Position numbers and translations under genes: made by a program. From Longimicrobiales bacterium (GTDB lineage Bacteria; Gemmatimonadota; Gemmatimonadetes; Longimicrobiales; Gaopeijiaceae), in NCBI GenBank assembly GCA_965219445.1, contig CBDCNQ010000002.1, positions 160,001 through 224,000 of the forward strand: 64,000 bases of DNA. The letters are read 5' to 3'. Of the stretch, positions 1-10,469 are shown piece by piece. The notes under the pieces are model-generated. The model did no database searches and was not told the DNA's origin. It saw nothing but the letters and a program-made list of their open reading frames with translations. The stretch's first letter is position 1, and the number at the start of each line of letters is the position of its first letter.

Positions 1-1302
1 GGGGTGCTCCTCGGCTAGCGTCATGAACACCGCCTCCGTGTCCCGCCAAGCGGCGTTCCTCGTCCACGTTCGTGCACCGCCGAGGACAAGGAGGAGAGTC
101 ACCGCACCGACCGCGCTCCATCTCAGTCGAGGGGGTGATTCGCGCAGAAGCCCAACCCCATACTGTCCTGCGCCCACCGCCAGCAGGGATACACCCACCG
201 ACGGAAGATAGAGTGTACGTTCCGCGATCCAGACGCCGACCGGGAATAGAACGTTCCCCACGACGGCGAGCGAAAGGGCGATCCATGCGATCCCAAGCAC
301 TATCCACGGCGACCGCCGGAGGCTCGCGACCGCCAGCATCCCCATGGCCAGGAGCACCCCGCTCCCCACCCAGAAGCGGAGCGCTCCGATGCCCGTCGGA
401 AGGATGACCCCGGGCCCGTAGTCCGCGACGAGGTCGGCTGGAAACAGGAAAAGCCGTGCGAACTCAGTGACGTTGGCTACGGCCGTGCTCAGCCGGAGCG
501 AGGCCGGCAACGCCACGATGTAGGGCGCCGCATCCCGATGGACGAGTGTGCCGAGCACCTGGTGGCGAAGTGCCAGGTACAGAAGGAGGACGCCGGCGAG
601 TGCCGCGAATAAGGGTAGCTGCGGAGAGAGCGCCGGAGCGCCGTGGATAGGATCACCATCCCCTGGGGCCTGCCCCGCCTGTCTGGCGCCGTGGGGGAAG
701 AGCAGCGTGAGGATCACGAGCAAGGCGGGGAGCACGACTCCGCTCTCCTTTGCAGCGAGCGCCAGCGCATAGGCGAGCCCGACCAGACCCACGCGGATCC
801 ACTCCGAGCGAAAGCGGTGGAGGTAGACCAGAGCGCCCGAGAGCACGAACAGAGCCATCAGGGCATCGCCCCGGCCCACCGAGTTGGCCACCGCTTCCAC
901 GTGAACGGGATGGACCGCGAAGATGGCGCCTCCGAGGAGCGCGAGGAGAGGTGCCGCACCGAGCGTCGTCAGAAGGATCGTGACGAGGGCAGTATTGGCG
1001 GCGTGGAGCGCAACGTTGAACCCGTGAAAGGGAAGGGGGCTTCCGGACCCCATGCTCCAGTTGAGCGCATACGTGAGCGACGTCAACGGCCGATACGGGG
1101 ATCGTTGTGGGGGCACCCTTCCCCGATACGGCGAGGTCAGGATCTCGCCGGTATTCGCCAGACCGTGGACCGTCGTGTTTTCGACGATGTCACCGGTGTC
1201 GTCGAGAGCGAAGCCATTGCCGAGTGAGGGGAGGTAGACGACGAGCGACCATACCACGGCGATCACCGCGGCGCTCCGCGAAGACACGCGGACCTTGCCC
1301 AT
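1..1302 (-). CDS. TMTC-like (DUF1736-type) membrane glycosyltransferase, 3' end outside window
   Basis: Manual translation (absent from ORF track because there is no stop in the window): MGKVRVSS...NGFALDD...YRPLT...FAVHPVHVEAVANSVGR...KES...AERTLYLPS...RNAAWRD; multiple TM helices; AAGGAG RBS upstream. Confidence 0.8.
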   Translation of the reverse strand, partial: MGKVRVSSRSAAVIAVVWSLVVYLPSLGNGFALDDTGDIVENTTVHGLANTGEILTSPYRGRVPPQRSPYRPLTSLTYALNWSMGSGSPLPFHGFNVALHAANTALVTILLTTLGAAPLLALLGGAIFAVHPVHVEAVANSVGRGDALMALFVLSGALVYLHRFRSEWIRVGLVGLAYALALAAKESGVVLPALLVILTLLFPHGARQAGQAPGDGDPIHGAPALSPQLPLFAALAGVLLLYLALRHQVLGTLVHRDAAPYIVALPASLRLSTAVANVTEFARLFLFPADLVADYGPGVILPTGIGALRFWVGSGVLLAMGMLAVASLRRSPWIVLGIAWIALSLAVVGNVLFPVGVWIAERTLYLPSVGVSLLAVGAGQYGVGLLRESPPRLRWSAVGAVTLLLVLGGARTWTRNAAWRDTEAVFMTLAEEHP

Positions 1303-1562
1303 CGTAAGCTCCTTTCGGTCGTCCCGTTCAGCGGTCGTGGCAGGCGATTCCGATGGACCGCACCCAGGCGACCACGCCCCTCGAGGATCCTCACCTGGGA
1401 TCTTCAATCATCGCGAGGGAACCGCCACGGGTGCAATCGTTTTTTGGGAGGAGGAGAGCGTGGAGAGCCAGGTCTGACCTGTCCACCAGTCCCTTACCGC
1501 GTACATTCAGCGCCAACTCGGCTTCACCTCGACTGAACCTCCTCCAGGCCCAAGAGCTGCTC

Positions 1563-2687
1563 ATGACCGACTCCTCTCGCCGCGATTTCCTACGGACCCT
1601 GTGTATTGCCACCGCAGCGGCGGCGCGGCCCCGGCTAGCGTTCGCACAGGAAGTTCGGGTGCGAACGATCGCGGGCACGGGCGTGGCCGGATACGAGATG
1701 GAGGGCTCGGGCGGTCTTGTGGCTACGCGGACCCCCGTAAACAATCCATACGGCATCGTGGTCGGACCCGATGGAGCCCTCTATTTCTGCGAGGTGGATA
1801 CGGGGCGGACCCGGAGAATGGACTTGGAGACAGGGTGCCTCACCACCGTTTCCGGGAACGGTGAAGCTGCCTACTCGGGGGACGGCGGACCGGCACTCGC
1901 CGCGTCCTTTTCGGCACCACACGAGATCCGGTTCGACCGCGACGGCCACCTCTTCGTCGTTGAGCGCGATGCGCATGTAGTACGTCGTGTAGACGCACAG
2001 ACCGGACTCGTGTCTACCGTGGCAGGGACGGGCGAAGCCGGATTTTCAGGGGATGGCGGGCCGGCCGTGGCTGCTCAGCTGCGCCAGCCGCACAGTATCG
2101 CGTTCGTGGCGAACGGCGACCTGCTCATCTGCGACATCGGCAACGGGCGGGTTCGCAGCGTGGATATGGGGGACGGCACGATCTCGACCCTCTCCGGCAC
2201 CGGGGAACGCCAACCCACCCCCGATACCGCACCGCTCGAGGGCACACCGCTCAGGGGGCCGCGCTCGCTCGACACCGACCCCGCGGGTAACGCCTACCTC
2301 GTGCTTCGCGAAGGCAATGCCGTGTTCCGGCTCGACACCAGGGCGGGCCGGCTCCGTCGTGTCGCGGGTACCGGAGAGAGTGGCTTCACTGGGGATGGAG
2401 GTCCGGGAGGGATCGCGACCTTCAACGGACCCAAAGGGATCGCCTACTCGGCTTCCGATCATGCTCTGTACATCGTGGACACGGAGAACCATGCCATCCG
2501 CCGTTTGAATCTGGACACGGGCGTCCTCGACACGATCCTGGGCACCGGCGAACGCGGCGACGGCCCCGACGGCGATCCCATGCGGTGCAAGCTCGCCCGC
2601 CCGCATGGCGTGTTTGCGCACGAGGGTGTGTTGTACGTGACGGATAGTGAGAATCATCGCGTGCGGGCGCTGGAGGGAGTTCTCTGA
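1563..2687 (+). CDS. NHL-repeat beta-propeller protein with Tat signal
   Basis: SRRDFL twin-arginine motif; repeated TVAGTG..GFSGDGGPA..L..P units. Confidence 0.9.
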   Translation: MTDSSRRDFLRTLCIATAAAARPRLAFAQEVRVRTIAGTGVAGYEMEGSGGLVATRTPVNNPYGIVVGPDGALYFCEVDTGRTRRMDLETGCLTTVSGNGEAAYSGDGGPALAASFSAPHEIRFDRDGHLFVVERDAHVVRRVDAQTGLVSTVAGTGEAGFSGDGGPAVAAQLRQPHSIAFVANGDLLICDIGNGRVRSVDMGDGTISTLSGTGERQPTPDTAPLEGTPLRGPRSLDTDPAGNAYLVLREGNAVFRLDTRAGRLRRVAGTGESGFTGDGGPGGIATFNGPKGIAYSASDHALYIVDTENHAIRRLNLDTGVLDTILGTGERGDGPDGDPMRCKLARPHGVFAHEGVLYVTDSENHRVRALEGVL

Positions 2688-2793
2688 AGGGGTTCTATCG
2701 CGCCGCATTCACGGACTTCTATGGCGGGTTGTGACGGCAAGATCGCAATTCAGACGTTCGCCGCGATGGTCGAGGAGAAGTAGGACAGCCCCC

Positions 2794-3570
2794 TCAATCA
2801 CCTCCACCGAACATGTTCGACAGCGTCCCGATTCCGTCGATGTGGATATCGACCGTGCTACCCAGCTTCATCGGGAGCGCCCCCAACGAGGTTCCGCAGG
2901 TGATGATGTCCCCAGGGAGGAGCGTCATACCACGGGCGATCCTCTGGACCAGTTCGAGCGGGGAGAAGAACATGTCACTCACGGGATAGTCCTGCCGAAC
3001 CTTACCGTTCAGCTGGGACGTGACTTGAAGCGACTGCAGGTCGAGGTCCGTCGCGATCACCGGCCCGAACGGCGTGAACGTGTCGAAGCTCTTCGCGCGG
3101 CTCCACTGGGCGAACGAGGGATCCTCGGTGATGATGTCGAGGGCGGTCGCGTCGTTGACGCACGTGTAGCCGAGGACGTGGTCGCCGACGTCCTGCATCG
3201 AGACGTCTTTGCAGCGCTTGCCGATCACGACCCCGAGCTCGCCCTCGAAGATCACCCTGCCCTCGTAGGTCTCCGGTCGGACGATGGTACCGCCCGGGGC
3301 GAGGATACCGGAGACGGGCTTGTAGAAATAGAGAGGCTCCGGGGGCTGGTCCAAACCGTTCTTGGCCGCCGCGGCGCCAAAGTTGTTCCACAGTCCGATT
3401 ATCTTCGTGGGCAGGCACGGGGTCAGGACCTCGACCGAGTCCATAGGGATGGTTTCGGACGTGGGCTTCGGTCCGTTGAACATGTCGCCCGTGTGAACGG
3501 AGATCTGCCCGTCGTCAAGGGTGCCAAACTTGATATCCTCGTTGTGTTTAGCACGAATCCATTGAGTCAT
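2794..3570 (-). CDS. Fumarylacetoacetate hydrolase family protein
   Basis: EGELGVVIGK, GYTCVND, RAKSFDTF, PGDIITCGT motifs. Confidence 0.92.
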   Translation of the reverse strand: MTQWIRAKHNEDIKFGTLDDGQISVHTGDMFNGPKPTSETIPMDSVEVLTPCLPTKIIGLWNNFGAAAAKNGLDQPPEPLYFYKPVSGILAPGGTIVRPETYEGRVIFEGELGVVIGKRCKDVSMQDVGDHVLGYTCVNDATALDIITEDPSFAQWSRAKSFDTFTPFGPVIATDLDLQSLQVTSQLNGKVRQDYPVSDMFFSPLELVQRIARGMTLLPGDIITCGTSLGALPMKLGSTVDIHIDGIGTLSNMFGGGD

Positions 3571-3852
3571 GACATTAACCTCAATGTGTGTCCCGCATCA
3601 GTGATCCTCATGGTCTCTCGCTCGTCGTAGGCGCACGCACCCTCACCTTCGTCCCACGGTAAGCTGGGAAATAATTAGTCCGACGCAACAAGGCGGGCCG
3701 TCTGGTTATGAGGTGGGTGGCGGTGGGCCCGCCGCTGAGGCGCGCGCTGGCGGGTGCCTTCGGGACCCTACTAAGATGGGCTGTTCGAACACGCCTTGTC
3801 TGCGCCAACTTCGAGGCCGAGACATTTTACGGCACCCCACCAAGAGAGGAGA

Positions 3853-5388
3853 ATGAATGTGGCCGACGCACAAACCATTCGAGCGTTTCTCGACAGAGCC
3901 GACGGCGCGTCTCCAGCGATCGGAGCGCCGGGCCGGGCCTACCTCGACTACGCAGGACTCGCCGAACACGTGGATGGCACCGTCTCTTCCCTGAACGAGC
4001 TGGGGCTCGGCCGCGGTGACCGCGTCGGCATCGTATTGCCGAATGGGCCGGAGATGGCGTCGGCGTTCGTGTCGCTTGCTGCCGGGACCACTACGGCGCC
4101 GCTCAACCCAGGCTACCGCCGCAAGGAGTACGACTTCTACCTGGAAGATCTGGGAGCGAAGGCTCTGATCGTCGAGGCGGGGAGCGAGTCCGAGTCCGTG
4201 GACAGCGCACGAAGCCTGGGCATCTCTGTGTTTGAGCTGCGTGTACCCGAGGGCGCACGGGCCGGGCAGTTCGAGCTCGAGCCCGATCCGGATGTCGAAC
4301 TCGGCCCGACTGTTTCGCCGGGACCCGCTGAGCCCGATGATGTGGCACTCGTGCTCCATACCTCCGGAACCACGTCGCGCCCCAAGATCGTCCCTCTCCT
4401 GCACCGAAACGTGTGCGCGTCGGCCAAGAATATCCGGACCACGCTCAGCCTGACGCCCGAGGACCGCTGCATGAACGTCATGCCGCTGTTCCACATCCAC
4501 GGGCTCATGGCGCCGGTCCTCTCGTCACTCTCCGCGGGCGCCTCGGTGGCGTGTACCCCGGGCTTCAACGCGCTCAAGTTCTTTTCATGGCTCGACGAGA
4601 TTGAGCCCACCTGGTACTCCGCCGTACCCACGATGCATCAGGCGCTCCTGTCTCGGGCGGGGCGCAACGAGGAGTCCGTCGCGCGCGCGCGGCTGCGATT
4701 CATCCGCTCCTCGTCGGCGTCTTTACCGCCCCAGGTCCTGGGCGAACTCGAGGAGACGTTCGGGGTGCCGGTCGTCGAGGCCTACGCCATGACCGAGGCC
4801 GCGCATCAGATGACATGCAACCAACTTCCCCCCGGTGTGCGCAAGCCCGGGACGGTAGGGCCGTCAGCGGGTCCCGAGGTCTCGGTGATGGACGCGGAGG
4901 GCAACCTGCTCGAGCCCGGCGGCGTGGGTGAGATCGTCATTCGCGGTCCGAACGTGACTCCCGGCTACGAGAACAACCCCGAGGCCAACGCTACGGCCTT
5001 CACCAACGGGTGGTTCCGGACCGGCGATCAAGGCGTCATGGACGAGGACCGCTACGTTACGCTCACCGGCCGACTCAAGGAGATCATCAACCGGGGAGGC
5101 GAGAAGATTTCACCGAAGGAGGTCGACGAGGTCCTCATGGATCACCCGGCGGTGCAGCAGGTCGTGACGTTCGCCGTTCCCCACGACAAGCTCGGTGAGG
5201 AGGTCGGCGCGGCCGTCGTGCTCCGTGAGGGTGCCGAAGCGACGACCGGCGAGATTCGTGACTTTGCCGCTGAACGGCTGGCCGCCTTCAAGGTTCCACG
5301 CACCGTATTGGTGCTTGACGAGATCCCAAAGGGCCCCACCGGCAAGCTGAGGCGCATTGGGCTCGCGGAGCAGCTGGGCCTCCCCTGA
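3853..5388 (+). CDS. AMP-dependent acyl-CoA synthetase, oxalate--CoA ligase-like
   Basis: LHTSGTTSRPK P-loop, MPLFHIHGL, YSAVPTMHQ, EAYAMTEAAHQM, GWFRTGD, PKGPTGKL; AGGAG RBS before ATG 3853. Confidence 0.85.
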   Translation: MNVADAQTIRAFLDRADGASPAIGAPGRAYLDYAGLAEHVDGTVSSLNELGLGRGDRVGIVLPNGPEMASAFVSLAAGTTTAPLNPGYRRKEYDFYLEDLGAKALIVEAGSESESVDSARSLGISVFELRVPEGARAGQFELEPDPDVELGPTVSPGPAEPDDVALVLHTSGTTSRPKIVPLLHRNVCASAKNIRTTLSLTPEDRCMNVMPLFHIHGLMAPVLSSLSAGASVACTPGFNALKFFSWLDEIEPTWYSAVPTMHQALLSRAGRNEESVARARLRFIRSSSASLPPQVLGELEETFGVPVVEAYAMTEAAHQMTCNQLPPGVRKPGTVGPSAGPEVSVMDAEGNLLEPGGVGEIVIRGPNVTPGYENNPEANATAFTNGWFRTGDQGVMDEDRYVTLTGRLKEIINRGGEKISPKEVDEVLMDHPAVQQVVTFAVPHDKLGEEVGAAVVLREGAEATTGEIRDFAAERLAAFKVPRTVLVLDEIPKGPTGKLRRIGLAEQLGLP

Positions 5389-5451
5389 TGAGCGAATTGG
5401 GGCAGGACGCTGAGCGCACGCCGATGAGGGTTTGCTGATGAAGGCACGCCG

Positions 5452-6441
5452 ATGAAGATCTGTATCTACGGCGCGGGCGCGATCGGAGGCTACCTGGGGG
5501 TGCAGCTCGCCCTGGCGGGCGAGGACGTCACGTTGATCGCACGGGGACCCCATCTGGAGGCCATGCAAAAGGTCGGGCTGAAGCTCCTCATCGACGGTGA
5601 GGAGCGCGTGGTGCATCCCGCGTGCACCAGCGATCCGTCCGAAGCAGGTCCCCAGGACTATGTGATCGTCACCCTCAAGGCCCATTCCGCTCCGGCTGTC
5701 GTCACACCCATGCAGGCCCTGCTCGGCCCCGAGACTGCCGTGGTGACCGCCATGAACGGTGTGCCCTGGTGGTACTTCTACCGGGTGGAAGGAGAGTGGA
5801 CGAACCACCGGCTCGAAAGCGTCGACCCCGGCGGGGTTCAGTGGGACGGGATCGGGCCCGAGCGCGCGATCGGATGCGTGGTCTATCCGGCCACCGAAGT
5901 GGTCCAGCCCGGCGTGATCCGACACATCGACGGCAACCGGTTCGCGCTCGGCGAGCCTTCGGGGGAGAAGAGCGAGCGCGTCCAGGGCCTCGCCGGTGCG
6001 CTCATCTCGGCCGGATTTCGGTCTCCGATACGCCGAATCCGAGACGAGATCTGGATGAAGCTTTGGGGCAACCTCTGCTTCAATCCCATCAGTGCGCTCA
6101 CGTTGGAGACCCTCGACGTGGTCGCCACCCAGGCGGGCACCCGAGGCGTCTCAAGGGCGATGATGTTGGAAGCCCAGGCAATCGGCGAAAAGCTGGGCGT
6201 GCGCTTCTCGGTCGACGTCGAGAAGAGGATGGACGGAGCCGCCGCCATCGGGGCGCATCGCACCTCGATGCTGCAGGATCTTGAGCGGGGGCGACCCATG
6301 GAGATCGACGCGCTGGTCACCGTGGTCCAGGAGATGGGGCGTCTGGTCGAGGTGGCGACCCCGACGATCGACGTGGTGCTGGCCCTGGTCCAACAGCGGG
6401 CCCACGAGGCGGGCCTCTATAATTATCGTTCCGAGCCCTAG
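5452..6441 (+). CDS. Ketopantoate reductase (PanE/ApbA) family; possible oxalyl-CoA reductase
   Basis: GAGAIGG Rossmann motif, MNGVPWWYF, WMKLWGN, TSMLQD..GRPMEID. Confidence 0.85.
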   Translation: MKICIYGAGAIGGYLGVQLALAGEDVTLIARGPHLEAMQKVGLKLLIDGEERVVHPACTSDPSEAGPQDYVIVTLKAHSAPAVVTPMQALLGPETAVVTAMNGVPWWYFYRVEGEWTNHRLESVDPGGVQWDGIGPERAIGCVVYPATEVVQPGVIRHIDGNRFALGEPSGEKSERVQGLAGALISAGFRSPIRRIRDEIWMKLWGNLCFNPISALTLETLDVVATQAGTRGVSRAMMLEAQAIGEKLGVRFSVDVEKRMDGAAAIGAHRTSMLQDLERGRPMEIDALVTVVQEMGRLVEVATPTIDVVLALVQQRAHEAGLYNYRSEP

Positions 6442-6507
6442 GGCACCGAAGGCACGACTGCACTCGAAAGCCCTGGTACCCCAACGTGCGATGCCTGCTA
6501 GCCGAAC

Positions 6508-8016
6508 CTACCCGCCGAAGCTCGGCACCAAGAGCGTCCAGTAGATCAGAATCAGCGTCATCGCGGTGAACACCACGAGGCTGGTCCAGCCGAACCAGCG
6601 TGCGAAGGTCGACGGATAGAACGCCCGGTCCTGCCGTGGGATGATGACCAAGCAGTAGTAGAAGTTCAGAAAGAAGATCACCGGCGCGACGAACGCCGCC
6701 AGCGCCGAGGCCACAAGCACCAGGAAGACGGGACGTTCGAGACCCGCCACGATGAGCGTTGAAGTAACGAGGGAATACAACATGGTCACACGGTAGATGT
6801 TGTACTCCGAATACCACGTCGCACGATGGGCTGCGGTCAGGCCGTCGTGGTCGATCCCGCTGAGCTCCGCCGTACCGCGGAACAGATTGCGGGAGCACGC
6901 GCCCACGATCCGGGGCCAACCGTCGAAGTAGTTGAAGGCTGTCGAGAACGTCGCCGCGAACGCACCCAGCATGAACACGGACATCATCCCGGGGCCGAGG
7001 CTCTGCGTGAAGATGCCCGCGATCTCACCCATGACTGCTCGGCCCTCGACCGGGTTCGGGTAGAGCCATACGGCTGCCAGAAGAAGGAAAATGCACGCCA
7101 GCACGAAAGAGACCACGTGACCCTGGCGGAAGTCCCAGATGCCGATCTTGAACCACTTCTGGCAATACTCCTGAGCGTTCGCCGGAAGCTTGGACGTATC
7201 GACGGAGAGATCGTTCCGGTTCGGATTGAACGGATCGAAACGGTTGGCGAGACCCATGTTCTCCATCCGATCGCGAATCTTACTCATGCCTTTCTTCTTG
7301 GCCTTGCCCCACTCGGAGGCCTGAAGCGATACGTCCATCCCGGTGGGTAACAGCCCGAGGAACGCAGCGATGATCAACCAGGACCCATCCGGGATCTCTA
7401 CCAGGAAGAAGTGGCCCATCTCGGAGAGCGGGGCAGGCGCCACGAAGTACACGGCCAGCGTCGAGAACACGAGAATCGCGGCGAGGATCTTCGCGGCGAG
7501 CTCGACCGCCTTGTAGCGGCCGCGCAGGATGATCGCTACGGAAACCACGGCCAGGATCAGGCCGTACATCGTGAGCGAGATCGGTAGCCCCATCGCCTCG
7601 GTGCCCACGTAGTACAGGACGGCCGCAGCGGCAATGAGGCGACCCGCTTGTCCCAGAGCGCACTGGATCAGAGTCGTGATCAACACATACCAGAGCGGCC
7701 ACTTCTTCCACGCCGTGCTGTACGCCTCGATCATGCTCTTCCCGGTCGCATTGGTGAAGCGGAAAGCCATCTCGAAGCCGTAATACTTGAACACGTACGC
7801 GACCGGGACGCACCACAGCAGCGCATACGCGAAGCGACCCCCCGCGGTGGGCGCGGTGACCAGGTGACTGGTGCCGATCCCGGTCATCATCAAAATGACC
7901 CCGGGACCGAAGTGGCTCATCAGTCCCTTGAGGGTCATGTCGGGCATCTCCAGGTCGGAGAATGTCTCATCAACTACAGGAATCGTCTCGGGCAGACTGC
8001 TCGGGTGGGAGTCCAT
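6508..8016 (-). CDS. NRAMP/MntH-like divalent metal transporter
   Basis: GPGVILMMTGIGTSHLV N-terminal motif; about 11 hydrophobic segments. Confidence 0.8.
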   Translation of the reverse strand: MDSHPSSLPETIPVVDETFSDLEMPDMTLKGLMSHFGPGVILMMTGIGTSHLVTAPTAGGRFAYALLWCVPVAYVFKYYGFEMAFRFTNATGKSMIEAYSTAWKKWPLWYVLITTLIQCALGQAGRLIAAAAVLYYVGTEAMGLPISLTMYGLILAVVSVAIILRGRYKAVELAAKILAAILVFSTLAVYFVAPAPLSEMGHFFLVEIPDGSWLIIAAFLGLLPTGMDVSLQASEWGKAKKKGMSKIRDRMENMGLANRFDPFNPNRNDLSVDTSKLPANAQEYCQKWFKIGIWDFRQGHVVSFVLACIFLLLAAVWLYPNPVEGRAVMGEIAGIFTQSLGPGMMSVFMLGAFAATFSTAFNYFDGWPRIVGACSRNLFRGTAELSGIDHDGLTAAHRATWYSEYNIYRVTMLYSLVTSTLIVAGLERPVFLVLVASALAAFVAPVIFFLNFYYCLVIIPRQDRAFYPSTFARWFGWTSLVVFTAMTLILIYWTLLVPSFGG

Positions 8017-8126
8017 GGTCTGTGGGTTGACGCTCTTTCTGGAGGAGCCGGCTCAGGGGACGCGCGAGGCACCATATTGCGCCATGGTCGAATGGCAGGC
8101 AATCTCTGAGGAGAATCCCCACAGGC

Positions 8127-9221
8127 TCACGGGAGCCACAGCTCGGGATTTTCGAAGAACGTCGAGAAGGCGAACCAGAACGACACGTAGGCCTCGGGGA
8201 TCATCGCGAGCCTCTGACCCGTTAGGGAGCCCGAAAGCGCTCTCCCCTCGAGACTCCACTCGCTCTCCGTTTCCACATCCACGAAGGCGCCGTTCCTCGC
8301 CTCGAAGGTCAGCATCTGGCCACCGGCCGATGGCCGATACGCCATCGCCGCGGACGCCTCGCTGTCCCAGAATACGACGATCGGCTCCTGGCCGTCGCCG
8401 GTCTCGTGGATCGCCGTGAGGTCACCGGCGTCGCGGAGCGCACCGAAGGGGAAGGCGAGCCCTCCTCCATTTTCGAAGGGAATCCCCAGCACGCGCTCCT
8501 TCGGAGCTCTCCGGGGATCGAACTCGTCTTGAGGGAAGAGCGTGAGGGAGTTGGTCTCGACTTCGTAGTTCCCATACGGATACCTGGTGTAGGTTCTCGA
8601 GAATCCGGTGTCCTCGCTCAGGACCCGCGTGTCGGGATGGAGCGCCACCCAATCTTCCCATTCGATCTCCAAGGCCGGAACCATCTCCAACTCCCGACCC
8701 TCCGCGGGGCCGCAGCGCCCTCCGGCCAACATCTGTGGCCACAAGGACTCGGCCACGCCAGAGGGGGAGCGGTCCACCATCACCAGATTGTTATTGAAGA
8801 GAAGCCCAGACACGCCGAATTCTGCTCCCTCGGCCGCCCCGCGGTCGAAGACCATGCTGGACCCGGTGAGGGGGCAATACGTGACGGCAAGACCGACGTC
8901 GTTCAAATTCACGATCTCATGCCACCAGAGAATGTTGTGCGGGACGGCTATGTATTCGCCCGCGACTTCGAGACCGATCACCCGGTCGGTGCCGAGTAGG
9001 TAGTCGGTCTCGGGATCACTCACCGCGACCAGCCTGGGATCTGAAAGTGCGGGAATTCCATCCCTTGCCGCCCCCGAGATGAGCCCAATCTGCAGTTCCT
9101 GGCACAGCGCGGTCATCGTTTCGCCCGGTAACGTCCCCCCATCACCACATGCCGAAATGCCGACTGTGGCCAAAATCAGGATGGGCAAGGGGAAGCGAAA
9201 TCCACCGGATCTATTGGGCAT
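8127..9221 (-). CDS. DUF3179 family lipoprotein
   Basis: RDGIPAL, WHEIVN, VTYCPLTGS, FGVSGLL motifs; lipobox ISAC; start uncertain. Confidence 0.85.
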   Translation of the reverse strand: MPNRSGGFRFPLPILILATVGISACGDGGTLPGETMTALCQELQIGLISGAARDGIPALSDPRLVAVSDPETDYLLGTDRVIGLEVAGEYIAVPHNILWWHEIVNLNDVGLAVTYCPLTGSSMVFDRGAAEGAEFGVSGLLFNNNLVMVDRSPSGVAESLWPQMLAGGRCGPAEGRELEMVPALEIEWEDWVALHPDTRVLSEDTGFSRTYTRYPYGNYEVETNSLTLFPQDEFDPRRAPKERVLGIPFENGGGLAFPFGALRDAGDLTAIHETGDGQEPIVVFWDSEASAAMAYRPSAGGQMLTFEARNGAFVDVETESEWSLEGRALSGSLTGQRLAMIPEAYVSFWFAFSTFFENPELWLP

Positions 9222-9496
9222 GTGCTGTACCTCCTGGGCCGCCGAGTCAGCACTTTCTTCGGGCTCTTCGTACAGCGCATTGAGCTGGAATCGTGATCTG
9301 CTCCTAAATTCGTGCACCCCTCCAGCAGTTCCCGCGCGATGGCCGTGACCCTATGATGCACCATGGCGGGCGGCAACACGATGGCGGACTGCTTCGCGAC
9401 ACCTCCGAGCGGAGGCCACGCCCTCTGAGGGCCGTGCCCGCCCGCTCGCCATAGTGCGTCCTCCCTTCAGGAGAAAGTACCATGTGATTCGCGCTT

Positions 9497-10276
9497 GTGA
9501 TGTTCATCGTTGGGCTCCTACCTGAGGTCGTCTCGGCCCAGGGGCCGGACACGGTGTTTCTCGAAGAGCTCACTTGGACCGAGGTGCGTGATGCGCTCGC
9601 CGGGGGTGCCACCACGGTGATCATTCCGACCGGTGGGACCGAGCAGAACGGGCCCCACATGCTGCTGGGAAAGCACAACTACCTCGTTGGCTACAAGGCA
9701 GGAGAGGTCGCTCGTCGTCTTGGCAACGCGTTGGTGGCTCCGGTCATGGCGTATGTGCCTGAGGGGGACGTAGACCCACCTACCGGGCACATGCGCTTCC
9801 CCGGCACGATCACGACGCCGCCAGAGGTGTTCGAGCAGGTGCTGGAGTTCGCCGCCCGAAGCCTCAAGCAGCACGGGTTCCTCGACATCGCGCTGCTTGG
9901 CGACAGTGGTGGCAATCAGACGTCACAGGCCGCTGTGGCTGAGCGACTCAACCGTGAGTGGGCGGCCACCCCGGTCCGGGTGCATCACCTGACGGACTAC
10001 TATCCCGGTCCGGGCGACGCGTGGCTGGTCACTCGAGGTGAACGCCAGGAGGACGTGGGCTCGCACGCCGGCATGCACGACACCTCGAGTCTCATGTTCC
10101 TCAACCCGTCCATGCTGCGGCTCGACGAGCTGCGGCCCGGCACGGGCGGCCGCGGCAACGGTGTCGTCGGCAACCCCGCGCGCTCGACGGCTGCCTACGG
10201 TGAGCAGATTCTGGAGATGCAAATCGACGCTGCCGTTCGCCAGATACGCGCGCTTCGGGAAAGTAGCAGGCGATAG
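9497..10276 (+). CDS. Creatininase family protein
   Basis: LEELTW, PTGGTEQNGPH, GDSGGN, HAG..DTS motifs; the natural start appears to be ATG 9482 followed by an in-frame TGA. Confidence 0.85.
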   Translation: MMFIVGLLPEVVSAQGPDTVFLEELTWTEVRDALAGGATTVIIPTGGTEQNGPHMLLGKHNYLVGYKAGEVARRLGNALVAPVMAYVPEGDVDPPTGHMRFPGTITTPPEVFEQVLEFAARSLKQHGFLDIALLGDSGGNQTSQAAVAERLNREWAATPVRVHHLTDYYPGPGDAWLVTRGERQEDVGSHAGMHDTSSLMFLNPSMLRLDELRPGTGGRGNGVVGNPARSTAAYGEQILEMQIDAAVRQIRALRESSRR

Positions 10277-10469
10277 AGATCGTGCCTGGGCGTGAGAAAA
10301 CGAGGATCCGGATGGCTTCCAGAGCAGAACAGTGTTCCGAAGGGTATCGGGATCGGAGCGCTTTTGGCCGTAGGGCGCGTGCTGTTGCGCGACGTGCTAG
10401 GCTGCGGAACTCCTCATCACACTTCCCAGTGGTCAACGCCCCGAGCAGTGGCTGAGCGACAGCCTGATC

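Noticed and set aside
8127..9221. DUF3179 as a selenoprotein
   Set aside because: No in-frame TGA; the motif is CPLT
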